This document shows, piece after piece, positions 38,909 to 51,477 of a stretch of 64,000 bases of DNA. The stretch is taken from contig NC_043002.1 of the NCBI RefSeq assembly GCF_006345805.1, positions 13,392,001-13,456,000 on the forward strand, given 5' to 3'. Position 1 is the first letter of the stretch. Each line of letters begins with the position of its first letter. Below the pieces are notes generated by a model. The model was not told where the DNA came from. It saw nothing but the letters and a program-made list of their open reading frames with translations, and searched no databases. This DNA comes from Octopus sinensis. Taxonomy: Eukaryota. Position numbers and translations under genes: made by a program.

Positions 38909-39299
38909 TACTCTTTTACTTGTTTCAGTCATTTGACTGCGGCCATGCTGGAGCACCGCTCTTAGTTGAGCAAATCGACCCCGGGACTTATTCTTTGTAA
39001 ACCTAGTTCTTATTTTATCGATCTCTTTTGCCGAACTGCTTAGTTACGGGGATGTAAACACACCAGCATCGGTTGTCAAGCAATGCTAGGGGGACAAACA
39101 CAGACACACAAACATACACGCACACACACATATATATACATATATACGACGGGCTTCTTTCAGTTTCTGTCTACCAAATCCACTCACAAGGCTTTGGTCG
39201 GCCCAAGGCTATAGCAGAAGACACTTGCACAAAGTGCCACACAGTGGGACTGAACACAGAACAATGTGGTTGGTAAGCAAGCTACTTACCACACAGCCA
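38909..39299 (-). mobile_element. SINE family A
   Basis: Family sequence match. Confidence 0.82.
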
Positions 39300-39774
39300 G
39301 TGATTGAGTAGGGTTTTTATTACATAAATTTTCATGTGCAGGTGTGTGGTTAAGAAGCTTGATTTCTGTCTAGTCATAAGTTCATTCCCACTCTTTGGCT
39401 ACCTTGAGCAGATATCTTGTACTATAGTCCAAGGCTGACCAAAGCCTTATGAGTAGATTTGGTTGGCGGAAACTGAAAGAAGCCTGTTGTATGTATATGT
39501 GTATTTGTACGTACACCTGTCTAGACATTGTGTGATGGTTGTAAATGAACATCACTATCATACAAGCAAGGGTTTTCATTTCAAGTCTTTCTTGAAAAAC
39601 ATGTTTAGCTTCAAGAAAATATTGCCTTGCACTCAGAAGATGGTAGGGGTGTTTGGCTGTAGAAAAATCTACCTTGACAAGTTCTGATTGACCCATGTGA
39701 GCCTGGGAAAATGGACATTAAATTAAGATGATTATTTGCCAGATATTTTCACTTGTTTTAATATCCTGTCAATC

Positions 39775-40080
39775 ACCATCATCATCGTTTAACGTCCGCT
39801 TTCTATGCTAGCATGGGTTGGACGATTTGACCGAGGTCTGGCGAACCAGATGGCTGCACCAGGCTCCAATCTTGATCTGGCAGAGTTTTTACGGCTGGAT
39901 GCCCTTCCTAATGCCAACCACTCCGAGAGTGTAGTGGGTGCTTTTATGTGTCACCGGCACGAGGGCCAGTCAGGCGGTACTGGCAACAGCTACACTCAAA
40001 TGGTGATTTTTTTACGTCCCACCTGCCCAGGAGCCAGTCCAATAGCACTGGCAACAACCTCGCTCGAATGTTTTTTCCAC
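39775..40080 (-). mobile_element. RTE LINE 3'-UTR fragment (family C)
   Basis: (CAT)n at the left end, followed by the core and subunits in reverse. Confidence 0.78.
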
Positions 40081-40232
40081 ATCATCTGTAATATCCCTAG
40101 ATGAACTGGTAACCTTTATTTCTGAACTAATAGTTGCAAAGTAATACATTTATCCACTGAAACCCTAAAGTTTTGCATATAAGACACCTTATTAGCACAA
40201 GGGCATAGAGCAGTAGGATCAGTTGTACAGTA

Positions 40233-40435
40233 TCTCTATATATATAAATGGCAAAATGTGTGTGTGTGTGTGCGTGTCCTTTATACAAATCCACAATTTT
40301 TCAGTTAGAAGGCTCGCACTTTCTATGGTCATTCAAAGCCATCCAAGGGTGGTCGTGCACATCTTTACATTTCCCCAGTCACCCTGCAAAGCCATTGAAA
40401 AATCAACAGAAGTGACTTTTTTGTGAATTTTCTAT
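40233..40435 (+). mobile_element. Helitron-like 5' fragment
   Basis: a|TCtctatatatataaatggcaaaatgtgtgtg start resembles non-autonomous Helitron 5' ends; no 3' hairpin/CTAG found. Confidence 0.4.
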
Positions 40436-41651
40436 GCAGGGGATTTTTAGGGGGCTGCACTTCTGAAAAACCTAAACCTTGTGCATAATACGCACTCCTT
40501 CTCTAACTTGAGTCATGCAATAATTAAGCCAGCAGCACCTGGTCGAACAAACACTTGCATGCATGAATCATACAATAATGGTGATGTTCTTAACTGTTAT
40601 ATGGGAATGTAAATATGTTTGCAAATTGTTTTTGTTACATGTTATTCTGTGTTCTGAATACTTTTATTTTAATAAATGTTGCTTACTGCAAGTTATGGAT
40701 GATTCTTTTATGACTTCATTGCTTTCAGACTTAGCTTAAGGTATTTTTGCACTCGACATCACAAAATGCGTCTGAATAACCATTGCAAATAGAGACAGCA
40801 AATAGAGACTCAGACATTGCTTAGAAAATACTTTTCATTTTTAACCTCGTATATAGTATGCACTAGGGATTTTGATCTTCAAATTTTGGGAAAAAAATGC
40901 AGGTTACACTTGAGGATTTATGGTACTCATACACGTCTTTTTTGCCTCACCATTTACAGAAACTGATGGATTCTGTGTGGACTAGGCCATTTTCCATCAT
41001 CCTATATTTTTGTATGCCTGCCAACAGGCCTTGCTCGGAGCTCTCTAACTTTTTTCACAGTGGTCATATTACCACCCTCAGACATTTGGTGAAGAACATT
41101 TTCTGAGGAACTGTGCAGCCAGAAACAACCCGAGGGGTGGATGTGCTACCACTGAAGACCAGTGCCTTCAGTCCTGCTTGACCCACACAAATCTAGAAAT
41201 ACAAATGGGTGGAAACAGTACTAAGTAGATTACAGCAGGGTCAATTTATTTATTCTTACAATGCTCCAAGAATCCTCTCAACACACAAACACACATTGTT
41301 GCAGCCATCCACTGTTTGCTATATCTCAGAAACAGATTTCATTTAGATTTGTTGTAACTAGGTATCTGTCATTGACAAGGTCTAACAAGGGTTAGGGTTA
41401 GATCAAAACATGTCTGACATTTCTGTGAGCCACTGCTGAGACAATGTTCACTTCGTTTTGATTTATATTATATTTCTGATGCATGTCTGTGAAGAGATTT
41501 TTCCCCTGACAAAAACCATGACATGCCTTTCAATGGTGTATATTCATTAGGTATGTTACACAACTGTTTTAAGAAGTTTGTATCATAGAACCAGGGGTAG
41601 TTTCAAGCAAGTTGGTATCAAAAGGATTAAGTCAACCTAAGGCGATATCGT

Positions 41652-42050
41652 GGATACGCGTGGCTTAGTGGGTAGAGTGTCAGCATCATGATCGTAAGAT
41701 TGCGGTTTTGATTCCTGGACCGGGCGACACATTGTGTTCTTGAGCAAAACACTTTGTTTCACGTTGCTCCAGTGGCTAGGCTTTAAAAGCGTTCATCTAT
41801 TTTGTGGAGACACGTGGCTTAGTGGGTAGGGTGTCAGCATCATGATCGTAAGATTGTGGTTTCGATTCCTGGACTGGGCGACGTGTTGTGTTCTTGAGCA
41901 AAACACTACATTTCACGTTGCTCCAGTCCACTCAGCTGGCAAAAATGAGTAACGCTGCGTTGGACTGGCGTCCCATTCAGCTGGGGAACACATACGCCAT
42001 TGAAACCGGGCCCATGAGCCTGGCAAGGCTTTAAAAATGCGCATTTATTA
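41652..42050 (+). mobile_element. Tandem pair of tRNA-derived SINE family D (internally deleted copy followed by full copy)
   Basis: Two heads (acgcgtggcttagtgg... at ~41656 and ~41811); the first jumps from ccagt to ggctaggctttaaaag. Confidence 0.75.
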
Positions 42051-42649
42051 TTTTTTTAAGGCCATATCAGAAATCTCATACCCTGGGTGTTGTGCGGTGT
42101 AGTAAATCTCACATAACAATACATCTTACATAACAATACTATGCATAACAATCTTACATAACAATACAATGCACAACATATATTCTTATTGATTTATAAT
42201 TGAATTCTCACTTGTCCTCTTCTGACTGTCCTAACAGACCACACCTTACCTAATCTAGTTCACTGTCCATGTCATTGTGTTTGCTTTATTTTCTTTTTAC
42301 CTAGAAATTCTTTAGCTAACATCTGTTCTTACTGTCTACACATCCAGCTGTTCATTTATTCACTCTGTCATTTCCATCTCCCAGTTACCCTCTCACTCAA
42401 CCTCAATTTACCCCTTAATATACTCTCTAAGGTTCTGTGTGTAATTTTAGGTCAGAATCTTCTATTAATAATCATGATTGCTTTTCAGAAATTCTGATTA
42501 TTTATCAGAACTATAAGAATTTATTGGCTTATATTACTATTGTGTAAGAAATTGTTGACATGCACTTACTCATACATACATTCATACACTCATTGTGTAA
42601 AATGAAAGAAGCTCCGTCATGTATGTATGTATGTATCTATCTATCTATA

Positions 42650-42862
42650 TATTTCTTTATTGCCCACAAGAGGCTAAACACAGAGGGGACAAACAAGGAC
42701 AGACAAAGGGATTAAGTTGATTACATTGACCCCAGTGCCTAACTGGTACTTAATTTATCGTCCCCGGAAAGGATGAAAGGCAAAGTCGACCTCCACTTAA
42801 TCCCTTTGTCTGTCCTTGTTTGTCCCCTCTATGTTTAGCCCCCTGTGGGCAATAAAGAAATA
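42650..42862. repeat. Inverted SINE B tail dimer (68-bp arms, 77-nt spacer)
   Basis: 42650-42717 versus the reverse complement of 42795-42862 shows ~3 mismatches. Confidence 0.85.
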
Positions 42863-43479
42863 AGAAATTGAAAGAAGCCCATTGTGTATGTATTTATATA
42901 TGTGTGTAATTGTGTCTCTTTACATTATTGTTGTAAATGTGAGTCACCGTCATATAAACAATGTCGTTCATTTCTAATGAACTGTGACTGACAACATGTC
43001 TGTGCATGCTGGCCATGAGGAAACATGAGGGTTATTGGCAGGAAGGGTAGCTGGCTGTAGAAAATTTGACTCTATGAATTTCGTCCAACCTATGCAAGCA
43101 TGGAAAAGAGGATGTTAAAATGATGGTGGTGGTGGTGGTGTTGACAGTGTTGGCAGTAGTGATAATGGTGATGATAATGATTGGAAAGTGGGTTCTTAAA
43201 AAAGAATCAAGAAGGGTTTGGGAACCATTGCTGGTTGTGGCAGTTTAGCCACAGTTTGACCTTGAATAAGTAGAATCTGATCAAAAAGACCCATGATGAA
43301 AAACAGTTCAGCATCAATCATCTTGAATTAATATTTATTATTTTTCTCAATATATATTATGTATTTTTTTTTTTTCTTTTGCGTGTGTGTGTGGCCCGAA
43401 GGAAATTTGGCCACTAATTTTAACCATGTTCAGTGACCACATTGACGTATTTAATGTTAGTTTTTTGGAAACTATTTAA

Positions 43480-43939
43480 TTAACCCTTTCGATACCAACC
43501 TGGCAGAAACTGCCTCTAGTTATGTAATACAAATGTCTTGTTTTCATAAGTTTTGAATTAAAACCTTCTACCAAACCTTAGTCACAATTTTTGTTCCAAA
43601 ATCTAGCTTAATGATAACTTAGTTATTTTACAATATTTTTAGTTCAATTTTAAATTAATTGAAAGAAACAGAGAGCGTCTCAACAGAAATATGGCAACAA
43701 AAGGGTTAAAATATATAATAGAGAAACAATTCTTAACCCTTTTGATACCAACTCTGCTGAAATCGCCTCTGGCTCTGTAATACAAATGCCTTGTTTTCAT
43801 AAGTCTTGAATTAAAATCTTCCACCAAACCTTAATCACAATTTTATGTTCATAACTCTAGCTTAGTAAATTCTATTTTATACTTAAAATTGAAAGAAACA
43901 CAGAGCATCTCAAAATTAATACCGTAACAAAAGGGTTAA
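43480..43939. mobile_element. Two adjacent piggyBac-type MITEs (43480-43709, 43733-43939)
   Basis: Each is bounded by TTAACCC...GGGTTAA; they end ~70 nt before the exon 4 acceptor. Confidence 0.8.
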
Positions 43940-44010
43940 TACATTCTGAAAATAGCTAACACACCTCTGTTGAATACTAAAACGAACTTCTCCTTTTCTC
44001 TCTTTTGCAG

Positions 44011-44111
44011 GGCTTTGTACTTTTTTGCATATGCTAATATGAAAATGACCCTAAATTCAGTATTAGCACCTGATACACCTCTGGTCCACATCTTCTCTGC
44101 ATTAGCAGCTG
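44011..44111 (+). CDS. SLC25A36: Carrier coding exon 4 (101 nt): ALYFFAYANMKMTLNSVLAPDTPLVHIFSALAAG
   Basis: Acceptor tctctcttttgcag ends 44010; donor G|gtaagt at 44112. Confidence 0.95.
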
Positions 44112-44355
44112 GTAAGTTGCTCTTTCTACTGTTTTTTCTTTAAATATTTCTTTGAAATAGAAAAATTTTTGCTAGAGACCAGGCAATAATTGTAATGTTT
44201 GTTGACTGTTTCAGTTTTATAAATCTCATCAAGAATTTTTTTTTATCATTTACTTTCTTCAGTCATTGGATTGTGGCTATTCTAGGGCACTGCCTTGAAG
44301 GGGTTAATCAAAGAAATTGACCCCTGTACTTATTTGTTTAAGTCTAGTACTTATA

Positions 44356-44672
44356 GGCGCAGTAGTGGCTGTGTGGTAAGTAGCTTGCTTACCAACCACA
44401 TGGTTCCTGGTTCATTCCCATTGCGTGGCACCTTGAGCAAGTGTCTTCTACTATAGCCTTGGGCCAACCAAAGCCTTGTGAGTGGATTTAGTTGACAGAA
44501 ACCGAAAGAAGCCCGTCATATATATATGTGTGTGTATATATATTTGTGTGTCTGTGTTTGTCCCCCCAACATCACTTGATGACCAATGGTGGTGTGTTTA
44601 CGTCCCTGTAACTTAGCAGTTTGGCAAAAGAGACCAATAGAATAAGTACTAAGCTTCCAAAGAGTAAGTCCT
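44356..44672 (+). mobile_element. SINE family A
   Basis: Family sequence match. Confidence 0.78.
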
Positions 44673-45082
44673 GATGGTCTTATTTATTTTGTCGGTCTCT
44701 TTTGCTGAACTAAGCTAACCAACACCAGTTGTCAAGCAGTGTAGTGGTGGTGGTAGACACACACACATAGTGGGCTTCTACATCCATCTACCAAATTCAC
44801 TCCCAAGACATTAGTTGACCCAGGGTTGTAGTAGAAGGCACTTGTCCAAGGTGCTGCACTCTGAAACTGAACCCAAAACCACATGGTTACAAACTGAGCT
44901 GTTTACCTGCAACCCATACCTGCACCTAATAAATATTTTTAAAAAGGTGTAAATATTTTATTCTGTAATCAGAGTTCAATAAACCAAAATGTTGAATGAT
45001 TATATCTTCTTTCATGTTGATACAGCAGACTTGTAATCAAAAGCTTTCCAACTAATGACCATCTTCACTTTAATGCTTAGAG

Positions 45083-45463
45083 CAGCGTTTTTCAACCGGG
45101 GTTTCCCGGAACCCTAGGGTCCACAAAAGGTTCCTAGCGGTTCCGCGAGAAAGAGTGAGATAAACTGATGCTAATTTCATGATTGTATCACACATATATA
45201 TGTGTGTCTGTGTTTGTCCTGCCATCATCACTTGGCAACCAATGCAGGTGTGTTTTCATCCTCGTAACCTAGCAGTTCAGCAAAAGAGACCGATAGAATA
45301 AGTACTAGGCTTACAAAGAATGAGTCCTAGGGTCGATGTGTTTAACTAAAGGCAGTGCTCCACCATGGCCACAGTCAAATGACTGAAACAAATATATATA
45401 TACATATATATAAAGCATGATTTATTTATGATCAGAAGTAGTTCATGTTTTAAATATCATTTT

Positions 45464-45518
<55 letters not shown>

Positions 45519-46266
45519 CTGGTGTTTGCTGAATTTTCTTGAGAACATTCCTTAGTGGTAAGACCAAAGCGGATTTACTTCTGGCATGAGGGTTGTCCAT
45601 ATAGTGGTCATCCCACTCATATGTATGTAATACAATTTCTGAACCTTCAGATTTTAATATGCTAGACCACTGGTTTTAAATTGATGTGAATCAAATTAAT
45701 ATCCAATTTTTCTCCCTCATTTTAAATTTATATATGTATATAATGATATTTACCTCATGAACTCTGATGAAAAAGTATGAGAAAGATATACACTCTCTTT
45801 TACTTGTTTCAGTCATTTTACTGCAGCCATGCTGGAGCACCGCCTTTAATCGAGCAATTCGACCCCGGGACTTATTCTGTCGGTCTCTTGCCAAACCGCT
45901 AAGTAACGGGGACATAAACGCACCAGCATCAGTTGTCAAGCAATGCTAGGGGGACAAACACAGACACACAAACACACACACGCATATATATATATATAAT
46001 ATATATATATATATACACATATATACGACAGGCTTCTTTCAGTTTCTGTTTACCAAATCCATTCACAAGGCTTTGGTAGACCCGAGGCTATAGTAGAAGA
46101 CACTTGCCCAAGGTGCCACACAGTGGGACTGAATCCGGAATCATGTGGTTGGTAAACAAGCTACTTACCACACAGCCACTCCTGGTATATAATTTTTTTT
46201 TGTGTGTAGTGAGACATGTAATATATTTTAAGGGTTACGCAAGGGTAAAAATGTTGAGAAACACTG
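45083..46266. mobile_element. Possible Charlie-like MITE expanded by nested SINE A copies and microsatellites
   Basis: cagcgtttttcaacc start and ...gttgagaaacactg end; flanks gcttagag/gtctagaa match only loosely; SINE A (minus) at 45792-46183. Confidence 0.45.
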
Positions 46267-46841
46267 GTCTAGAACTACATTGTTTAGTCTCTTCTCCCTT
46301 TTATGCTGGTGCCATGTAAAAAGCACTCAGCCCACTCTGCTGGGTGGGTGATGTTAGGAAGGGCATCCAGCCGTAAAAACCATGCCAAAACAGAGACAGC
46401 AGTCTAGTGCTGGCTCCTGCCTGGCCAGCTCCTGTCAAACTGTCCAACCCATGCCAGCATGGAAAGAGGCTGTTAAACAATGATTATATGTAGTGTGTTA
46501 TATGGTGATAATTTGGTTGCTATTTCTAGCAAGTCATGTGCCTGCATAGAACCCTCCCTCTTCATTGACTCTTTGTTCAACATTGTGGTGGCTTTCATGT
46601 TCATGATTTTATTTCAAATATTAAGATACAGATTCACTGAGGATTTAGGTTTGAATGTAAACACCTCGTTGATCATGAATTTATACAATCCTTGCCTCCG
46701 TACATCTGGCTGTCGATTATCACCTGTTTTGTTGGCAACATAAGGCTTCCACTGTCTGTCTAGATTACTGTGGCCCCTACTCTTGTTTGTCTGGAAGCCA
46801 ATATAAATAATCCCCTTATAAACAGTAATCCTCTAAATATA

Positions 46842-47070
46842 TTACCCCTTTCGTTACCAACCCGGTTGAAACCGGCTCTGGCTCTGTAGTACAAATGTCT
46901 TGTTTTCATAAGTTTTGATATAAAATCTTCCACCAACCCTTAGTCATAATTTATGTTCCTAACACTAGCTGAATGATAACCAAGTTATTTTACTAAATTC
47001 TTTGTTATATTTAAAGTAATTGAAAGAAACACAAAGCATCTCAAAATAAATAGAGTAATGAAAGGGTTAA
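46842..47070. mobile_element. piggyBac-type MITE
   Basis: Same family as 24382. Confidence 0.8.
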
Positions 47071-47121
47071 TAAATAAGTCCTCATTTTGATACTTGCTGT
47101 ACACCATGCACTTGACAATTT

Positions 47122-47474
47122 ATGTGTGGCATGAGGCTGTTTGATAAGAGGAGGACTGAGGACTTGATGGAGATGCTGGGGTTGGAGGTATCAGTGGAAC
47201 GGCTGGCAAGGGTGGATGGAGTGCAGTGGTATGGGCATGTGTTGAGGGGGGATGAGGAGCATGTTCTGAAGAGGGTGCTAGAGTTTGAGGTGAATGGATG
47301 AGGAAAGCGAGTTAGACCAAGGAAAATGTGGAGTAGATTGGGAGGGTTGGCTTGAGAAGGGCAGATGCCCAAAACTGGGCGAGATGGTGTAAGGGTGGTT
47401 GCTATGGCATTGGGGTAGATCTGGCCACCCCCGTTAACGGGTACAAAACTCAGATTCAAAATATGATGATGATG
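47122..47474 (+). mobile_element. RTE-clade LINE 3' fragment (second family, short UTR)
   Basis: Translates MCGMRLFDKRRTEDLMEMLGLEVSVERLARVDGVQWYGHVLRGDEEHVLKRVLEFEVNG*GKRVRPRKMW, containing the RTE WYGHVLR...GRPRKTW motif; (ATG)n tail. Confidence 0.85.
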
Positions 47475-47557
47475 GTAGATATCAGCATAGATCAGCAAAG
47501 TTTGTTCACAGAAATTATAAACAAGACTTGTTTATAGGTATAGGAGTGGCTGTAACA

Positions 47558-47934
47558 GGCGCTGGAGTGGCTGTGTGGTATGTAGCTTGCTTACCAATCA
47601 CATGGTTCCAGGTTCAGTTCCACTGCGTGGCACCTTGGCAAGTGTCTTCTACTATAACCTTGGGCCAACCAAAGCCTTGTGAGTGGATTTGGCAGATGGA
47701 AACTGAAAGAAGCCTGTTGTATATATGTGTATATATATATGTGTGTGTGTGTATATTTGTGTGTCTGTGTTTGTCCCCCAACATCACTTGACAACCAATG
47801 ATTGTGTATTTATGTCCCTGTAACTTAGTGGTTCGGCAAAAGAGACCGATAGAATAAGTCCTGGGGTTGATTTGCTCGACTAAAGGCGATGCTCCAACAT
47901 GGCCACAGTCAAATGACTGAAACAAGTAAAAGAG
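47558..47934 (+). mobile_element. SINE family A
   Basis: Family sequence match. Confidence 0.8.
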
Positions 47935-48057
47935 AAAGACCAGCTAGTCCCATGCTGTCAAAAATGACAGCTAATTGAAGTATTTTATATATAAATACGG
48001 ATGGTAAATCAAATTAATACACCAGTCAATGTTCGCATGCATACACATATTTCCCTT

Positions 48058-48096
<39 letters not shown>

Positions 48097-48487
48097 TACA
48101 CACACACACAGAATTGCAATGTTTGATTTTTCTTTTCAACATTGCATGTTCACCATCCCACTACCAGTTTACCATTACCCCTTCCTTTCTCATTCATATG
48201 TTGTGATGGAGAAAAACACAAGAGTATTATTATAGTAGATTATTGGTTCTTGTTACATTCGTTGGTCTGGGAGTGCTTCTGACTGATGAGATACAATATT
48301 GTTGAAACACTGGTTGTTCGAGAATCTCTTGTACTAATGACTCAGGTGTTATGAACATACATCGTCATCATCACCATCATCATCGTTTACCGTCTGCTTT
48401 CCACGCTGGCATGGGTTGGACGGTTTGACTGAGGACTGGCGAGCCAGATGGCTGCACCAGGCTCTAATCCGATCTGGCAGAGTTTCT

Positions 48488-48712
48488 TATTTCTTTATTG
48501 CCCTCAAGGGGCTAAACATAGAGGTGACAAACAAGGACAAAGGAATTGTCGATTACATCGACCCCAGTGCATAACTGGTACTTAATTTATCAACCCCAAA
48601 AGGATGAAAGGCAAAGTCGACCTTGGCTGAATTTGAACTCAGAACGTAACAGCAGACGAAATACCACTAAGCATTTCATCCGTCGTGCTAACGATTCTGC
48701 CAGCTCGCCGCC
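48488..48712 (-). mobile_element. SINE family B nested in a family C fragment
   Basis: 19-bp TSD ccgatct(g/a)gcagagtttct at 48469-48487 and 48711-48729. Confidence 0.85.
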
Positions 48713-48777
48713 GATCTAGCAGAGTTTCTACTGCTGGGTGCCCTTCCTAATGTCAACCACTCCAAGAGTGGAGTACA

Positions 48778-49152
48778 TCTTTATATATAAAAGTCAAGTT
48801 GTGTGTCTGTCTCCTACGATTTAGATTCCTAACTACTCCCACATTTTGCGGTGCAGTTTAACCAAAACCGGGTATCTTATAGTCGTGATTCATATCGAGC
48901 CCTTCTGGGTATTAGCACGCATCTACGATGATTCTACGATTTAAAAAAAAATTTACCATCATTTTTTTCCATTTTAATGCATTTTTTTCGCTATTATATA
49001 AGGGAAGTAACTCTCTAAAAATGTCTACGATAAGTCAACGATTTAAAAAAAAATTTACCATAATTTATTTTCCATTTTTAATTTTTTTGCTATTTTTTGG
49101 CTATAACTCTAAAAATGTTACAAACCCGAGCAACGCCGGGCGATACTGCTAG
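48778..49152 (+). mobile_element. Non-autonomous Helitron
   Basis: Inserted between A48777 and T49153; 5' TC; 3' hairpin cccg-agcaacgc-cggg at 49125-49140; terminal CTAG at 49149-49152. Confidence 0.85.
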
Positions 49153-49386
49153 TTTCTTGTAAAAGAAAAGCTGTTCTCCTGTGACAGACACAACAATATT
49201 TAGCATATTTTTCTTCAAATCTTCCAGAATGTTTTAAGAATGAATATGCCAGTTATTATTTTGAGGTTCTGTTTTCATATTTGATCTCTCTTCTCAAATT
49301 TTGATTTGTATCTGTTTTTTTGTTTTTTTTTTTAAATTTGCATTAAAAAAAAAGTGTATTAGTTCTCATTTTATTTCATCTTCCAG

Positions 49387-49453
49387 GTTTCACTGCAAGC
49401 ACAGCTACAAATCCAATTTGGTTTGTCAAGACTCGGTTGCAATTGGATCAGAA
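49387..49453 (+). CDS. SLC25A36: Carrier coding exon 5 (67 nt): [21 protein letters not shown]
   Basis: Acceptor catcttccag ends 49386; donor AA|gtgagt at 49454; signature motif 2. Confidence 0.95.
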
Positions 49454-50855
49454 GTGAGTTCATTTGTTCATTTTTATTTTTTATATTTTATGTCTTTTTT
49501 TCTCTCTATCTCCCCCCCTCCCTTTCGTTCTTTCATAAGTTAGATGAATATTTTATTGTGGCAGTGTTATGCAGCTGGATGCATTTCCTCTCACTAATTG
49601 GTTCTTCAAGTAAGGCTTTTCTATCTCTTATTCCACTTTGCCTTCAAAGGTATAAAGCTGATGATTTGTCAACAGAAGAAATAACAACTTCATAGCTTGT
49701 AACTCAACAATTTTCTGAGAAGTGCAAATGGAAGCAGATGCATGCACATACATACACACACAGATAATACACGGAAAATACACACAAACGTGCGCATCTT
49801 ATGAGCTTTTCTCAAGCTTCTGTCTATTCTGAGAAAGCTTTGGTTGACCCAAAGCTCTAGTGGAAGACACTTGCCCTTAGTGCTGTACGGTGGGACTGAA
49901 CCCAAAACCATTTGGTTGGAAAGTACACTTTACTACACAGCCATACATTACCATTGCTTTTATTTCTTTAGCCATCTCTCCACCATTTTTTTTTTTTACA
50001 TTTTATTTAATTCTGTGGAGTTATTTATAATTTTGTCTTATTTCAGCAAAATTTGAATTTGTATTGAAATTCAATTCAATGAAAGGTTACATTTTACGGT
50101 AGCCATGTTGTTGAATTATTAGATTATTTAGCCAAAGGATCAGTTTTTATTCAATTTCTGATCCCTAACAAAGACACTTGAGAAATAAATTCCATGTTTT
50201 TTATCATGGTACCTCTTTATTCAGTTTTTACTTCTTGGAGCAGTTGTGGCGCATTTAAAATTCTAACCAAGTCATTACACCCGGAATTTTTCAACTTTTA
50301 TTGTCTCAGTTGCCTTGACTGACAACTGGTGTACTTCCTGATTGGAAACTGTGTGAATAACTCCTTTGTTATCAACCCACTCAACCCCTCTGGTTCTATG
50401 ATGCATATGTCTTGTTTTAAAGTTGTTTAAATTAAACCCCTCCTCCAAAATTTCGTGTTCAATTATGCTTGAAAACCCGGATTTGTAATGACATTTATTT
50501 TACTGAATTCTTTATAATTTTGAAAATTAATGGAAACAAAGGCAATGTATTTCTGTAAATTTTGGTCACAAAAGGGTTAATGTTGATGAATGTAATCTTA
50601 TTTTTAAAGTTAGCAGTGCTAAGTTCAAATCTCATATGAGCCTTAGCAGATGGCCCCTCAATCTCTGTATTGGTTAAAGGGTTGCACATCATCATCATTA
50701 TTAACTCTAGCATTTAAACTGGCTATATCTGACCCAAATATAATACTTGCTTCATGTCCAAACTGGCTAGATCTGGTCTCTCACAACTGACCTACCATGC
50801 CATTCTAAAAATTCACAGCATCACTAAAATCTTGAAGCTATAAGATAATGTGTGA

Positions 50856-51072
50856 TTAACCCTTTCGTTACCGTATTTATTTTGATATGCTCATTGTTTC
50901 TCTCAATTATTTTAAATATAACAAAGAATTTTGTAAAATAACTTAGTTATCATCAAGCAAGTGTTAGGAACATAAATTGTGACAAAGGATTGGTGGAAGG
51001 TTTTAATTCAAAACTTATGAAAACAAGACATTTGTACTACAGAACCAGAGCCGGTTTCAGCTGGGTTGGTAA
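50856..51072. mobile_element. piggyBac-type MITE (reverse orientation) lacking one TIR, nested at TTAA of another MITE
   Basis: ttaaccctttcgttaccg start; the other end is replaced by a copy of the left flank taatgtgtgattaa. Confidence 0.7.
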
Positions 51073-51193
51073 TGTGTGATTAAAATAAATATTGCTTTGA
51101 CAAAGTGATCTGAATGCTGAAATTAAAATTCTATAAGTTTATTCTAAAAAATGCTATTCACAACCATTGACCAAATCTGTTTTCTATTTTCAG

Positions 51194-51477
51194 GAAAGAC
51201 AACAGTTTAAAGTGTCGTGACTGTATTAAGAACATTTACCAACAGAGTGGTGTTAGAGGTTTCTACAAAGGCATCACCGCTTCCTACTTTGGAATGACCG
51301 AAACCGTTATTCATTTTGTGATATATGAAGCTCTCAAGAGCCGGTTCCTTGCCTACAATAATCAAAAGCAGAGTGGCAGCTACACTAACAATGAACGGAA
51401 ACCATCAGATTTCCTCTACTGCATGCTTTCTGGTGCCATTTCCAAGACTTGTGCTACATGCATTGCATATCCACATG
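51194..51477 (+). CDS. SLC25A36: Carrier coding exon 6 (284 nt): KDNSLKCRDCIKNIYQQSGVRGFYKGITASYFGMTETVIHFVIYE...CIAYPH
   Basis: Acceptor tttctattttcag ends 51193; donor G|gtaagt at 51478; open frame throughout and overlaps ORF 51294..51506. Confidence 0.95.

Noticed and set aside
7464-47925. Many 60-140-aa ORFs such as MSSNARGTNTDTQT..., MAAPGSNLDLAEFL... and MEIVVVIPV...
   Set aside because: They recur because they are reading frames through SINE A and RTE 3'-UTR copies, not genes.
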